From positions 143,772-207,771 of the forward strand of contig CAYYRW010000006.1 in assembly GCA_964474205.1 (NCBI GenBank): DNA of 64,000 nt. Reading direction: 5' to 3'. The notes under the pieces were generated by a model that saw only the letters and a list, made by a program, of their open reading frames with translations, was not told the origin of the DNA and made no database searches. This stretch comes from an uncultured Nitrospirales bacterium. Its GTDB lineage: Bacteria; Hydrogenedentota; Hydrogenedentia; Hydrogenedentales; CAILVY01. The position numbers were made by a program, and so were the translations under genes. Positions 26,070 to 36,116 of this stretch are shown piece by piece. How positions within the stretch are numbered: the first letter of the stretch is position 1; each line of letters opens with the position of its first letter.

Positions 26070-27473
26070 ATGCGCGCAAACAAGAAATGCATCATGATAT
26101 TGTTGGTGTTGGGGTTGCTGGCGGGGTGCTCGACCGGGAAATGGGAACGCCTGCGCCGGGAACACGCGGAGTCTTTTCAGCGGGATATTGCGGCACTGAC
26201 CGGGAAAGCATTGGCCGGACGTGACACGTTGCATCTTCAAGAGTGCATTGATATCGCGCTGGCCAACAACCTTTCCGTGAAGCAGGCGGAAATCCGGCGG
26301 AAAATGGCCAAGTTGGAACGGCAAGCCGCGTTCGCGAACTTTCTTCCCACGATTCAATTCGATCTCAACTATACCTCCCTGGACCGGGCCCCCAAAAGCG
26401 TGATGTTCGGGTTGTTGGCCGCGCAGGTCCAGGACCGCGAAGTGCTTACCACGGAGTGGAACGCGCAAATGCCGATTTTTATCCCGGCCACGTGGCTCGT
26501 GTATGACATGCGGCGGCGGGGAGTGGAAATCGCGGACCTCGTGCGGGAGTACACCCGCCAGCAGATTGTTTTGCAGATCACGGCGGGCTTTTTCCACTGC
26601 AATGTAATCGAACATTCCCGGGAGGTATTGGAGAGCCAATTGGCCGCCGCAGAGCAATTGTGTGCTGAAACGCGCTCCCTGGCCGGCGAAGGCTTGATCA
26701 TGCCGTGGCAGGCGGAGCAGGCGGAGTTGCTGGCATTGTCCCGGCGCACCTCCCTGAAACAAACGGACCGAGCGCGGGATCAGGCGGTTGCCAATCTGTT
26801 GGTGGCCATGGGGCTTTCACCGTTGGCGGCGATGACGCCTTTCCCGGAAACGCCCCTCGAAGCGCCGGCGGGAACTCCCGAAGAATTGATCGTGCAGGCG
26901 CTGATCAATCATCCGCAGTTGAAAATTTCCGACAGGGTGATTGCCGTTCGCAAAGATCAGGTGTTGATGGCGGTTGCGGAGTTTCTTCCGCGTCTGGCGG
27001 GGTTCGCCGGGCGCAGCCATACCTCGAATAGTTTTATGAAATATCCGGATGTGACCGCATTGGGGCTTGCGGGCATGATGACCATTTTCGACGGGCTTGC
27101 CAATGTGCGTGAATATCAATTGGCCCGTCAGCAACGCAAAGAGGCCTATGTCCAACGGGAAGAAGCCTGTTTTTCCCTCATGTTGTCCGTGTTGCAGGCG
27201 TGGCGCAACCTGGAAGACGCGCGGGCCGCGCTCACCCTGGCCAAAAAGAATCTTGAAGTGGCTTCCGGACGTGTGAAGCAGATTGAGTCGCAATGGCATG
27301 AAGGGCTGGTGCAGGATTCCGCCCGGATGACCCTTGCCGCGGAACGGGACGAAGCGGAGTTCAACGTACTGGCCGCGCAATTCAGCGAACAGGTGCGCAT
27401 TGCGGTGTTGCGCGATCTTATTTCCGCGCCGGGCCTTGTGGAATCAAAACAGCCGGATACCGCCAACCCATAA
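26070..27473 (+). CDS. TolC-like outer-membrane efflux protein (OMF), lipoprotein
   Basis: Lipoprotein signal MRANKKCIMILLVLGLLAGCST, then coiled-coil/beta-barrel repeat text typical of OMF proteins. Confidence 0.85.
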   Translation: MRANKKCIMILLVLGLLAGCSTGKWERLRREHAESFQRDIAALTGKALAGRDTLHLQECIDIALANNLSVKQAEIRRKMAKLERQAAFANFLPTIQFDLNYTSLDRAPKSVMFGLLAAQVQDREVLTTEWNAQMPIFIPATWLVYDMRRRGVEIADLVREYTRQQIVLQITAGFFHCNVIEHSREVLESQLAAAEQLCAETRSLAGEGLIMPWQAEQAELLALSRRTSLKQTDRARDQAVANLLVAMGLSPLAAMTPFPETPLEAPAGTPEELIVQALINHPQLKISDRVIAVRKDQVLMAVAEFLPRLAGFAGRSHTSNSFMKYPDVTALGLAGMMTIFDGLANVREYQLARQQRKEAYVQREEACFSLMLSVLQAWRNLEDARAALTLAKKNLEVASGRVKQIESQWHEGLVQDSARMTLAAERDEAEFNVLAAQFSEQVRIAVLRDLISAPGLVESKQPDTANP

Positions 27474-27541
27474 TTCACACGAACGAGCTTATGCGCCGGA
27501 GGAGCCTGTCGGCCCGGAAGGCGTCAAGGAGGTACGATAGG

Positions 27542-28756
27542 ATGAGCAGACGTCACGGTAGTATCAGCATCGGATACGGGCAATGGTGCATGCAGGTGTT
27601 GCTGCTGGCCCTTCCGTGCCTTGTATTCATGCCTGGCTGCATGAAGGGTGGTGCCGCCACGGGCGAGGGCAAGCAGGCGTTGGCCAAGACCGTGCCGGTC
27701 GTACTGACCCCCGTCCAAAGCCGGACCTTCGAGGATCGGCTGACGGTGCAGGGAAATGTGGAGGCCAAGAACAAGGTGGTCGTTACGCCGCGGATTGGCG
27801 GCCCCATCACCGGGTTCTATGTGGATGAAGGCGATAAGGTGGAGGCGGAAAAGACCAAACTGTTCCAAATAGATTCGCTTCGGGTCGGGAAAGCCCTCGA
27901 GATCAGCAAGCAGGACCTGGCGCTTGCGGAATGCGGCCGCCGTGAAGCCGGCGCCAATCTCGAACGCATGCAGGCGGATTTTGACAAGGCGGAAATTGAC
28001 TATAACCGCTTCAAGCGCCTGCGCGGACAAAACGCGGTCACCCCGGACGCCCTGGAACAGCAGGAATCCCGGTATAAACAAACCGCCGCGGGCCTGAAAT
28101 ATGCCAAGACGATGGAGGACGTGGCCAAGGAGCGCGTCGAGCAGGCGAAGGCCGCGTTGAAAATTGCCGAGCGGAATTTTTCCGATTCTCTGATTTTTGC
28201 TCCGATCAGCGGGGTCATCAGCCACCGCTTCCAGGAACCGGGTGAATCTGTTGACCCCAACAAGCCCATGGTCCGGATTGTGGACCCTTCCCTGCTCGAG
28301 ATTTCCGCGTTCCTGCCGGCCCAGCGGTATGACGCGGTGAAACCGTCTGAAACCCAGGCCCGCATTGTGGTCAACGGGATTGACACGGGCACGCACCCCA
28401 TCGTATACAAAAGCCCCACCATCGAACCCACCCTGCGCACCTTTGAAATCAAATGCGAGATCAACAATCCTCAAGAAGGTGTTGTGCCCGGGGCCATGGC
28501 CGATATCCATGTGTTGCTCGAAACACGTACCGGCCTGGGCGTGCCCACGGCCGCCGTGGTGACCCGCGATAATAAAAAGACTGTGTTCGTGGTGGAGAAC
28601 AACGCCGCGAAAAAAGTGGAGGTGGAGACCGGTCTCGAAACGGAGGGATGGACCGAAATCCGCGCCGGCTTGACGGAAAACACCCCCGTCATCACCATGG
28701 GCCAGCATTTGGTGGATAATGGGACCCCGGTGGTTGAGCAAAAGGAGGGCGCATAA
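27542..28756 (+). CDS. RND efflux periplasmic adaptor (membrane fusion protein, HlyD family)
   Basis: Signal/anchor, then coiled-coil region and FAPISGVISHRF... beta-barrel motif. Start chosen at MSRRHG (27542); the ORF is open from 27491. Confidence 0.85.
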   Translation: MSRRHGSISIGYGQWCMQVLLLALPCLVFMPGCMKGGAATGEGKQALAKTVPVVLTPVQSRTFEDRLTVQGNVEAKNKVVVTPRIGGPITGFYVDEGDKVEAEKTKLFQIDSLRVGKALEISKQDLALAECGRREAGANLERMQADFDKAEIDYNRFKRLRGQNAVTPDALEQQESRYKQTAAGLKYAKTMEDVAKERVEQAKAALKIAERNFSDSLIFAPISGVISHRFQEPGESVDPNKPMVRIVDPSLLEISAFLPAQRYDAVKPSETQARIVVNGIDTGTHPIVYKSPTIEPTLRTFEIKCEINNPQEGVVPGAMADIHVLLETRTGLGVPTAAVVTRDNKKTVFVVENNAAKKVEVETGLETEGWTEIRAGLTENTPVITMGQHLVDNGTPVVEQKEGA

Positions 28757-31700
28757 TGTCTTTGGCCAGTGTATCCGTGCGCCGCCCGGTGGCCATGTGC
28801 TGCCTGATCATCGGGCTCTCCCTTCTGGGCGGCAATGCCTACCGGAAAATGGGGTTGGAAAACTTTCCAAAAATTGACATGCCCTATGTCACCGTTTTAA
28901 CCATTTACCCCGGCGGAAGCCCGCAGGAAATTGAAACGGATATCGCCAAGCGCATCGAAGACGCCGTCTCCACCATTGACGGGCTCAAACATGTCATCTC
29001 CGCGTGCATGGAAAACGCGTGCCAAACCGTCCTCGAATTCCAACTCGACGTGGACGTGGACGTGGCCGCCAACGACGTGCGCGAGAAAATTGATCTCATT
29101 CTCAATGATTTTCCGGAAGGCACGGAAAAGCCCAAGATTCTGAAATTCAACATCAACAGCATTCCCATCGCCAACCTGGCCCTTACCGGCGATGTTCCCC
29201 TGGATGAACTCTATGATTATGCCGATCAGAAGCTTCGGGACCGGTTGACGGTGTTGAAGGGCGTGGCGGACGTCAAGTTGATTGGCGGCGCCAAACGCGA
29301 GGTGCACGTCACGCTTGACCGGCAAAAACTCGCCGCGCGCGGGTTGTCAAGCATGGACGTGGTGCAGACCCTCCAGCGCGAGGTTAAAACCATTCCCTCC
29401 GGACGGGTTCGCGAAGACGCCACGGAATACTCCGTCAAATTTGACGCGGAATACAAAACCATCCCGGAAATCGGAAATCTTGAACTCAAAGGGAAGGACG
29501 GTTCGCGCTGTTACATCCGCGATGTCGGGCGTGTCGGGATGAACACGGAAGAACTCCGTCAGATGTCCTATATTGACGGCAAGCCCGCCGTGGCCATCCA
29601 GGTGGTGAAACGGGCCGAAGCCAACGCCGTGAAAGTGGTGGACAGCATCAAGAGCGCCCTGGACAAGCTTCAGGCCAGCCTGCCCGGCGGGATGCGCCTG
29701 GTCTGGATATCGGACGACGCCATGTTTATCCGTGCGTCCGTGGACAGCACCATCAGCGACATCTGGCAGGGCATCTTGCTTACCGCCCTGATCCTCTTTC
29801 TCTTTTTGTATAACGTGCGCTCCACCCTCATCGTCGCCGTGACCATGCCCGTCACCATTCTTATCGGGCTTTTCTTCATTGGCGCCATGGGCTATACCCT
29901 GAACATATCCACCCTCATGGCCACCGGCCTGTCCGTCGGCATCCTGGTCACCAACGCCATCGTCGTGCTCGAAAACATCATCAAGCGCTTCGAGGAAAGC
30001 GGCGATGCCAAAGCGGCCGCCAATATCGGCGCTTCCGAGGTCTTCGTTGCCGTGGCCGCCAACGCCATGACCAATCTCGTTGTCTTGTTCCCTGTCGCTT
30101 TCATGGGCACTCAGGTCGGCCTCTTTTTTGCCCCTTTTGCCTGGACCATGATCATCATGACCACCGTCTCCCTCTTCATTTCCTTCACCCTGACCCCCAT
30201 CATGGCTTCGGTCATGCTCAAACCCCGCAAGCCAAGTTCACGATCCCCGCTGGTGCTGGCCGAACGCGCCTTCAATTGGTTCTTTGACAAAGTCTCCGCC
30301 GGCTTTGCGCGAAGCCTCCTTTTCTTCGAGCGTCATAAAACCGCCGCCATCCTTATGTTGATCCTCGCGTGTGCCCTGTTCTGGCAATCGCTGACTATCT
30401 CGAAAAAAGTCGGTTTTGACTTTTTCCCCGAAGCGGATCAGTCGCTGATTTTCGTTAAACTCGAATTCCCCACCCGCTACAACCTCAATCAAACCATCGG
30501 GCGGGTCCATGAAGCCGAAGACAAACTGAAAACCCTCCCGGCCATCGAGCATTTCCTGACCACCGTGGGACGCGTTGACGGGCAGATCGGGCGCGTTTCC
30601 GAAGGCGTGTACCTATCGCAAATCCTCATTAAATTCAAGGACAAAACCGAGCGCCCCGAAACGATGAAAGAGTTGTTGGCCGCGGCGCGCGGACGCATGC
30701 ACGGGTTCCCCGATTGCACCGTGTCCGTCAGCCAGCCGTCCGCCGTCGGCGGGCAAAACATCCCCATCGAACTCGAAATCGCCGGGGAAGACCTGAGCAC
30801 CCTCGACCGCCTCGCGCTGCGCGTGCGCGATCTCGCTTTGCAGGTGCCCGGCGTGATGGACCCCGACTCCACAGTGCGCTTGGGCAAGCCCGAATTGCGC
30901 GTGCTGCCCAACCGCGCCATCCTGGCCGACATGGATGTCCCCGCCCTCGGGGTGGGTCTGGCGCTGCGCGCCAACCTCGAAGGCATCGAAGCCGGCATCT
31001 ACAAGGAACAAGGCCGCAATTACGACATTGTCGTCAAACTGGACGAGGAAGAGGGCAAGGCCCAGGTGGAACAATTCCTCCTGCCCGCGGCCCCCGGCCA
31101 CCCCATCACCCTGTCCACCGTCGGCAACGTGGAGGAACATCTGGCGCCGGTTCAAATCCTCCGCAAAGACAAACAGCGCATTTCCAAACTCTATGCGGGA
31201 TTGGAAATTGGAACCCCCATGGGAAAAGCCGTGGATGGAATCAATGCGTCCATACGAAACAATTGCCCCATGCCGCCGGGGTATTCCTACACCTACTATG
31301 GCCAGTATGAACTCATGCAGGAGGCCAACGCCGCCTTCCTGGAAGCCATTGTCGTCGCCATCATCCTCGTCTACCTCGTGCTGGCCGCCATGCTCGAATC
31401 TTTCAAGCAGCCGTTTATCATCCTGGTGACCCTGCCCCTCGGATTGATTGGCATATTGTGGGCGCTGGTGATCACCGGCGAATCCATCTCCATGTTCGTC
31501 ATGCTCGGCATGATCATGCTCATCGGCATCGTCGTGAACAATGCCATCCTCATCATGGACCAGCTCAACCAATACGTCGCCCAGGGCGTGCCCCGCCATC
31601 AGGCCATGGTGCGCGCCGCCTCCGAAAAATTCCGCGCCATCGTCATGATCACCCTTGCCGCCATCCTCGGCATGTGGCCCCTGGCCTCGGCCTCCGGCAT

Positions 31701-31827
31701 TGGCAGCGAAATGCGCACCAGCCTCGGTGCCGCCTCCATCGGCGGCATCGGCATCTCCGCCCTCCTCACCCTCGTCATCATCCCCATCCTCTACGACCTC
31801 TTCACCCGCCGCCAGAAAAAAGGATGA
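28756..31827 (+). CDS. RND-family efflux transporter permease (AcrB/HAE1-like)
   Basis: 1023 aa with 12-TM architecture and two large periplasmic loops. The ATG overlaps the adaptor stop (TAATG). Confidence 0.95.
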   Translation: MSLASVSVRRPVAMCCLIIGLSLLGGNAYRKMGLENFPKIDMPYVTVLTIYPGGSPQEIETDIAKRIEDAVSTIDGLKHVISACMENACQTVLEFQLDVDVDVAANDVREKIDLILNDFPEGTEKPKILKFNINSIPIANLALTGDVPLDELYDYADQKLRDRLTVLKGVADVKLIGGAKREVHVTLDRQKLAARGLSSMDVVQTLQREVKTIPSGRVREDATEYSVKFDAEYKTIPEIGNLELKGKDGSRCYIRDVGRVGMNTEELRQMSYIDGKPAVAIQVVKRAEANAVKVVDSIKSALDKLQASLPGGMRLVWISDDAMFIRASVDSTISDIWQGILLTALILFLFLYNVRSTLIVAVTMPVTILIGLFFIGAMGYTLNISTLMATGLSVGILVTNAIVVLENIIKRFEESGDAKAAANIGASEVFVAVAANAMTNLVVLFPVAFMGTQVGLFFAPFAWTMIIMTTVSLFISFTLTPIMASVMLKPRKPSSRSPLVLAERAFNWFFDKVSAGFARSLLFFERHKTAAILMLILACALFWQSLTISKKVGFDFFPEADQSLIFVKLEFPTRYNLNQTIGRVHEAEDKLKTLPAIEHFLTTVGRVDGQIGRVSEGVYLSQILIKFKDKTERPETMKELLAAARGRMHGFPDCTVSVSQPSAVGGQNIPIELEIAGEDLSTLDRLALRVRDLALQVPGVMDPDSTVRLGKPELRVLPNRAILADMDVPALGVGLALRANLEGIEAGIYKEQGRNYDIVVKLDEEEGKAQVEQFLLPAAPGHPITLSTVGNVEEHLAPVQILRKDKQRISKLYAGLEIGTPMGKAVDGINASIRNNCPMPPGYSYTYYGQYELMQEANAAFLEAIVVAIILVYLVLAAMLESFKQPFIILVTLPLGLIGILWALVITGESISMFVMLGMIMLIGIVVNNAILIMDQLNQYVAQGVPRHQAMVRAASEKFRAIVMITLAAILGMWPLASASGIGSEMRTSLGAASIGGIGISALLTLVIIPILYDLFTRRQKKG

Positions 31828-31974
31828 GGGGGAACAACAGGGGCCGGAGGCTGGAGGGAAGACCGGGTTCCGGGGGCCGGGGGCCGGGAAAGAAACGCGG
31901 AACGCGAAGACGAGACCACGAAATACACGAAAGAAACGAAAGGAAGAGTAAGGTCCGTATTGACCGCGCCACGC

Positions 31975-32140
31975 ATGGATTCCATACGTGTTGGGTGGAT
32001 TACCGGGGAAACCCGTTTGATGTACAGTGGACCCCGAAGAGTCTAATTTGAATAACCATAGGTGGAACCTATGTTCGGTGTCTGTTGAATTACATGGGAA
32101 ACCCATGCGGTGTGCGGTGGACTCCGTAGGGGTCGAATAA
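31975..32140. repeat. Two tandem ~80-nt units in the convergent intergenic region, each with a conserved GAAA-loop hairpin (cgggGAAAcccg / catggGAAAcccatg)
   Basis: The core tacc-ggggaaaccc-gtttgatgtacagtggaccccgaagagtc...aataac is followed by taca-tgggaaaccc-atgcggtgtgcggtggactccgtaggggtc...aataac. Stem changes between the two copies are compensatory. Confidence 0.45.
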
Positions 32141-32182
32141 CGCTGAGATAGGCAACCTGGCGCATCGGGTCGTTCCCCACCG

Positions 32183-33424
32183 TCAATTCTTGGGGCCATT
32201 CGTGGCAAACTTCAGTATTCGCGCGGCATTTCCTGAACTCTTTGGATTCTTTTCTTCCGCCATGCGCAGGGTCAGCACGTGTTTTCCCGGCGGCAGGTCC
32301 TCGGCAAGGATGCGGCACACCGGGCGATGGAACATTTCGCAATAGTGATCGAACAAATCCACCATGGTTGGCTCTTTACCGTCCACGGAACACTCCAGGA
32401 TACCGGCATCCATGCCCGCAATGGCGGAAATGCCGATAATCGTTCCCTCAAAGGGCAGTTCAAGCGCGGCCCCGGTTTTTTCCGCCGCCAAGACATCCAC
32501 CGCCCCGCCATAATTGCACTTTTTTTCAGTCTCCCATCGCGGGACCCGGCTCCAATCCTTGAACACCTTGGCTTGGTCAAGCTCGATAAATCGTCCGTAC
32601 TCATAATTCATGCGGTCCAGCGGTTCGGGCAGGGCATAGGCGTTTGGCGCGGCGTTTGGCGCAACATCTTTGGCCCACGCCGCATCCAGGAACATTCCGA
32701 TGCACTCGGCATAACGCTCGTGTCCGAAGTTGGAAGGGTGGCACGTGTCATGGGAAAATTGTTGCCAGGTGAATTCCCCCGCATCCATCCGGCGCGTCAT
32801 TTCCGTGGCCATGTTGATAATGGGGAGGGCATAGTGCTCCGCCACCTTGTCATGGCGCACAATAATGTCCGGCATGTTCCCTTTTCGTATCTCCTCCACC
32901 TTGTCCGTGTCGGCAAAATACTGCATGAGGATATCAATGGAGGGATTCAACCGCCGGGCATGCCGGATAATGCCCTCGATGGCGCGCGCGCTCCGGTTGT
33001 CCGGGGTTTCCGCGCCGGAATCATTCACCGCAAATTCAAGGAACAGCAAATCCACCCGGCCTTTGCTGAACACGTCCTGCTCCAGCCGCAGCGCGCCCAA
33101 GGTGGAATTGGTCCCGCCTATCCCGGCATTTATGAAATCAAACTGCGTATCGGGAAATCGTTTCTTAAGCATTTCACAGGTCAGATCACGCCAGCCGGGC
33201 TGGGTGGTAATCGAGCCGCCCAGAAACGCCACCCGGCCCGTTTTCTCGCTCACAAAACGCATGCGGCAGTTTTCAAGCCCGCCCCGCAGCATGAAAAAGC
33301 CCTTCGATCGGGATACACCACCCGGTTCGTTCTGTGCGAAGGAGGGCTGTCCGGCGACAAGGCACCCCCATAGCAGGAGTACGGCCAATAACGCATTTTT
33401 CAAAAATACTCGCGCTTTGATCAT
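32183..33424 (-). CDS. Secreted SGNH/GDSL-family hydrolase
   Basis: The true start is ATG 33424 (MIKARVFLKNALLAVLLLWGCLVAGQPSFA signal peptide). The track start at 33793 has no signal. SGNH blocks: AFLGGSITTQPGW, FAVNDSG, DTCHPSNFGHERYA. Confidence 0.8.
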   Translation of the reverse strand: MIKARVFLKNALLAVLLLWGCLVAGQPSFAQNEPGGVSRSKGFFMLRGGLENCRMRFVSEKTGRVAFLGGSITTQPGWRDLTCEMLKKRFPDTQFDFINAGIGGTNSTLGALRLEQDVFSKGRVDLLFLEFAVNDSGAETPDNRSARAIEGIIRHARRLNPSIDILMQYFADTDKVEEIRKGNMPDIIVRHDKVAEHYALPIINMATEMTRRMDAGEFTWQQFSHDTCHPSNFGHERYAECIGMFLDAAWAKDVAPNAAPNAYALPEPLDRMNYEYGRFIELDQAKVFKDWSRVPRWETEKKCNYGGAVDVLAAEKTGAALELPFEGTIIGISAIAGMDAGILECSVDGKEPTMVDLFDHYCEMFHRPVCRILAEDLPPGKHVLTLRMAEEKNPKSSGNAARILKFATNGPKN

Positions 33425-33550
33425 GGTTGTCCTTTCTCTTGACTGGGATAGTGTAAGAACTGCATGGCACATAAAGCAATGCCCGGTGTGAAACATCCCC
33501 ATTTTTGGATATGTTATACTTCGTTTGTTCCGGGAGGAGAACAGACAGTC

Positions 33551-35008
33551 ATGATGGATTGGTTGAAGCGCGGCGATAATGCTCGAACCGGGTGGGCCTT
33601 TCCCGTTATCCTTTTTCTTGTCCTGTTGTATGCCTTCGGCGCGGCCCACTGGCTGGCCGTGTGCGCCAATGAATCCTTTACCGGCCTCGCGCATTTTGAC
33701 ACCGGCGACTGGCGGCTCGCCATGCGGTATCAGGACATTATCCGCGAAGCACTGACTGACCTGAAAATGCCGTACTTCATGAGCCTCCCGCACTACACGG
33801 ACCGCTTTTTCGGCCTGCCGGAAACGCCCCTAATGCCGCAGATGCTTCTCGTGCCCTGGCTGAGCGATCCGGTTTTCAACACGTTTCAACTCCTGTTGCT
33901 GTACTCGTGTTGCTTTGCGGGGTTGCTGGTAATTCGGCGGCAGTATCAACTCGGGTATCTCGCGTTCACTTTTCTCTTCTTGCTCTTCAATTTCAACGGA
34001 TACCTCGTGTCACGCGTGGCCGCAGGACATTTCATGTGGTACGGCTACTTTTTCCTGCCGTGGTTTCTGCTCTTTGTCCTGCGGCTGGCCGAGTGCGAGA
34101 ACAAGATACTCCCGGTGCTGCTGTCCGCGTTGGTTTTGTTTGTTATCCTGCTTCAGGGCTCCTTCCACCTGTATGTCTGGTGCATCATGTTCCTAATACT
34201 TCTGGCTATCATCCAGGTGCGTCTCATCCCGCCGATTATCGCCGTGATTGTGCTGAGCGCTTTCCTGGGCGCATTCCGTCTTCTGCCCGCCGCGGTTTCC
34301 CTGGACCCCGCCGCGCTCGAATTCAAATCCGGATACAACTCCCTCTCCTGTTTTTTAGATGCCTTGACCCGCGCGCAACCCATGAAATGGAAAGACGAAT
34401 TGGGATTTTACGGCGGATTGTACTGGTGGGAGATTGATATTTTTGTTGGGATAAGCGGTGTGGCGCTGCTGGGTTACTTCGGCATTGTCCGAGGGTTTCT
34501 TTCCCGAAAAGAACCTGGATATCCCTCCGGATTTACCGCCATGGGCTTGGCCGGCCTCGTGATGGCCATATTCTCCTTCGGCAACATCACCCGCTTGTTC
34601 ATTTTCCTCCATGTTCCGATGCTGGCGTCCCAGCGGGTGGCCACGCGGTACATGGTGATTCCGTTAACGGTGCTCATAGTGTTGTCGGCCTTGCACATGG
34701 AATCGTTCCTCCGATCCCGAAAATCATTTTCCGCCGCCGCTATGGCGATTGGCCTCCTGCTCTTTACCCTGGCATGGCAATTGGTGGATCATTCCCACCT
34801 CTGGCGCGTCACCATTGCGGATGAACTCTTCAAGCCCTGGAACTGGTACCCGGAAAGCGTCACGATTATTCCTCCGGACTATACCCAGCCCGGTGCGGGC
34901 ATCTATGTGGCCATGGTGTGGCTGGGAATACTCATCTCATTCATCAGCCTGTGCTTGGTGTGTGGAGGCGCATTGCGCTGCGCAAAAAAAACCGGCGGAG
35001 TCTTGTGA
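33551..35008 (+). CDS. Polytopic integral membrane protein (≥10 TM; possibly GT-C-like glycosyl/mannosyltransferase fold), hypothetical
   Basis: Start MMDWLKRGDN with GGAGGAG upstream. Hydrophobic helices run throughout. No diagnostic motif recognised. Confidence 0.6.
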   Translation: MMDWLKRGDNARTGWAFPVILFLVLLYAFGAAHWLAVCANESFTGLAHFDTGDWRLAMRYQDIIREALTDLKMPYFMSLPHYTDRFFGLPETPLMPQMLLVPWLSDPVFNTFQLLLLYSCCFAGLLVIRRQYQLGYLAFTFLFLLFNFNGYLVSRVAAGHFMWYGYFFLPWFLLFVLRLAECENKILPVLLSALVLFVILLQGSFHLYVWCIMFLILLAIIQVRLIPPIIAVIVLSAFLGAFRLLPAAVSLDPAALEFKSGYNSLSCFLDALTRAQPMKWKDELGFYGGLYWWEIDIFVGISGVALLGYFGIVRGFLSRKEPGYPSGFTAMGLAGLVMAIFSFGNITRLFIFLHVPMLASQRVATRYMVIPLTVLIVLSALHMESFLRSRKSFSAAAMAIGLLLFTLAWQLVDHSHLWRVTIADELFKPWNWYPESVTIIPPDYTQPGAGIYVAMVWLGILISFISLCLVCGGALRCAKKTGGVL

Positions 35009-35181
35009 TGGGACCATTTCGTAAAAAATTCCTCGCCGATTCCCCGTAGAACCATGTTGGCCGCCAGTTTGGCGGTGGTAACAAATCTACCCCGACAGGA
35101 TTGAACAATACATATTCAACACAATTCCATCCTTCCCAATCCACCAAGCCCTTCAGGGTAGGCATTCATTCTGACAACGCT

Positions 35182-35529
35182 TCAAACAGCACAATTTGAT
35201 GGATAATCTGCGACACTGACCCGTGCCTGTTTCCGGGATTTCGGCTTGGGCCGGATAACAATTTCAACATCGCGCCCTAGTGCGTTTAGAAAACGCAAAA
35301 GACGATCCGTGGAAAAACCAGAAAGACGCCCGCAAACAAGCGCTGAAACTTTCGCCTGATCAACTCCGAGCAACTTTGCTGCCTGGATTTGGGTAAGACG
35401 CTGTTGTTCAATCGTCTGTTTTATGCGGATGGCAAGATTCGCTTTGGCTAAGGCGACTTCAGGGTCGGGCAACCCAAGGTCGGCATACACATTACCACTC
35501 CCCTCAGTGATGATCATTTGTTTCTTCAT
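35182..35529 (-). CDS. higA: HigA-like XRE-family HTH antitoxin
   Basis: GSGNVYADLGLPDPEVALAKANLAIRIKQTIEQQRLTQIQAAKLLGVDQAKVSALVCGRLSGFSTDRLLRFLNALGRDVEIVIRPK: the canonical addiction-module antidote family. It lies 5 nt downstream of the toxin gene. Confidence 0.85.
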   Translation of the reverse strand: MKKQMIITEGSGNVYADLGLPDPEVALAKANLAIRIKQTIEQQRLTQIQAAKLLGVDQAKVSALVCGRLSGFSTDRLLRFLNALGRDVEIVIRPKPKSRKQARVSVADYPSNCAV

Positions 35530-35534
35530 AGGGT

Positions 35535-35915
35535 TTATTTTCCTTCGCGCCGCTGCCGGGCAGCATAGTCTTCGGTGGCATACTTGAGCCTCGTTTTAAT
35601 GAGGTCCAGGTCGTGTTTGGCAGTCGCAATGCCATGTTTTGATTTTTTCTGAAACGCGTGGAGGACGTACACCGCACCCGAAAACCGAACCGTGTACACT
35701 GCACGGTAAGTTTCGCCATGGTAATCTTCGACCTTTTCAAGGATACCTGCACTCCTGAAACCTTTAAGCGGCTTCGCATGGTCGTGTTTTTGGCCGGAGC
35801 ATGCCAGATATAATGCAAAGGCCACTGTTTCACGGACAGTCTCCGGGAAACGATGTATATCCTTCTCTACACTTCCCACATATCGGATCGGTCTGATTCC
35901 TGATGGATTATGCAT
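35535..35915 (-). CDS. higB: HigB/RelE-like toxin (phage Gp49-like addiction-module killer)
   Basis: IRPIRYVGSVEKDIHRFPETVRETVAFALYLACSGQKHDHAKPLKGFRSAGILE...YRAVYTVRFSGAVYVLHAFQKKS: the Gp49/HigB signature. Confidence 0.8.
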   Translation of the reverse strand: MHNPSGIRPIRYVGSVEKDIHRFPETVRETVAFALYLACSGQKHDHAKPLKGFRSAGILEKVEDYHGETYRAVYTVRFSGAVYVLHAFQKKSKHGIATAKHDLDLIKTRLKYATEDYAARQRREGK

Positions 35916-36116
35916 AGGTCATTATGCCACATTTGGCATAAAGAAGCAACAAGATTCTCCCTGAAACATGAGTGCGATTGTATCCTGAAAGGGTTCCATA
36001 GAGTGTCTCTATAAAAAACCAGCCATTTTTGAAACCTCTCCCACCTCCCACGCTGGTCTAACGCATGACTGGTTCTGGTATAGTATGGGCCAACCCCTGG
36101 AAAGGATTCTAAAACA

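Noticed and set aside
25953-28741. Long minus-strand ORFs 25953..26762, 26817..27380, 27524..28741
   Set aside because: Antisense to the TolC-like and MFP genes, whose plus-strand products carry clear family features.
30613-32208. 531-aa minus-strand ORF (plus 30489..30998) across the RND 3' end and the intergenic repeats
   Set aside because: Gly/Asp/His-rich low-complexity text antisense to the RND permease. It would also read through the intergenic polypurine tract.
32279-33373. 364-aa plus-strand ORF
   Set aside because: Antisense to the secreted SGNH hydrolase.
35040-35075. Short hairpin ccgccagtttggcgg downstream of the membrane-protein gene, as a possible terminator
   Set aside because: It has only a 5-bp stem and no U-tract, too weak to call.
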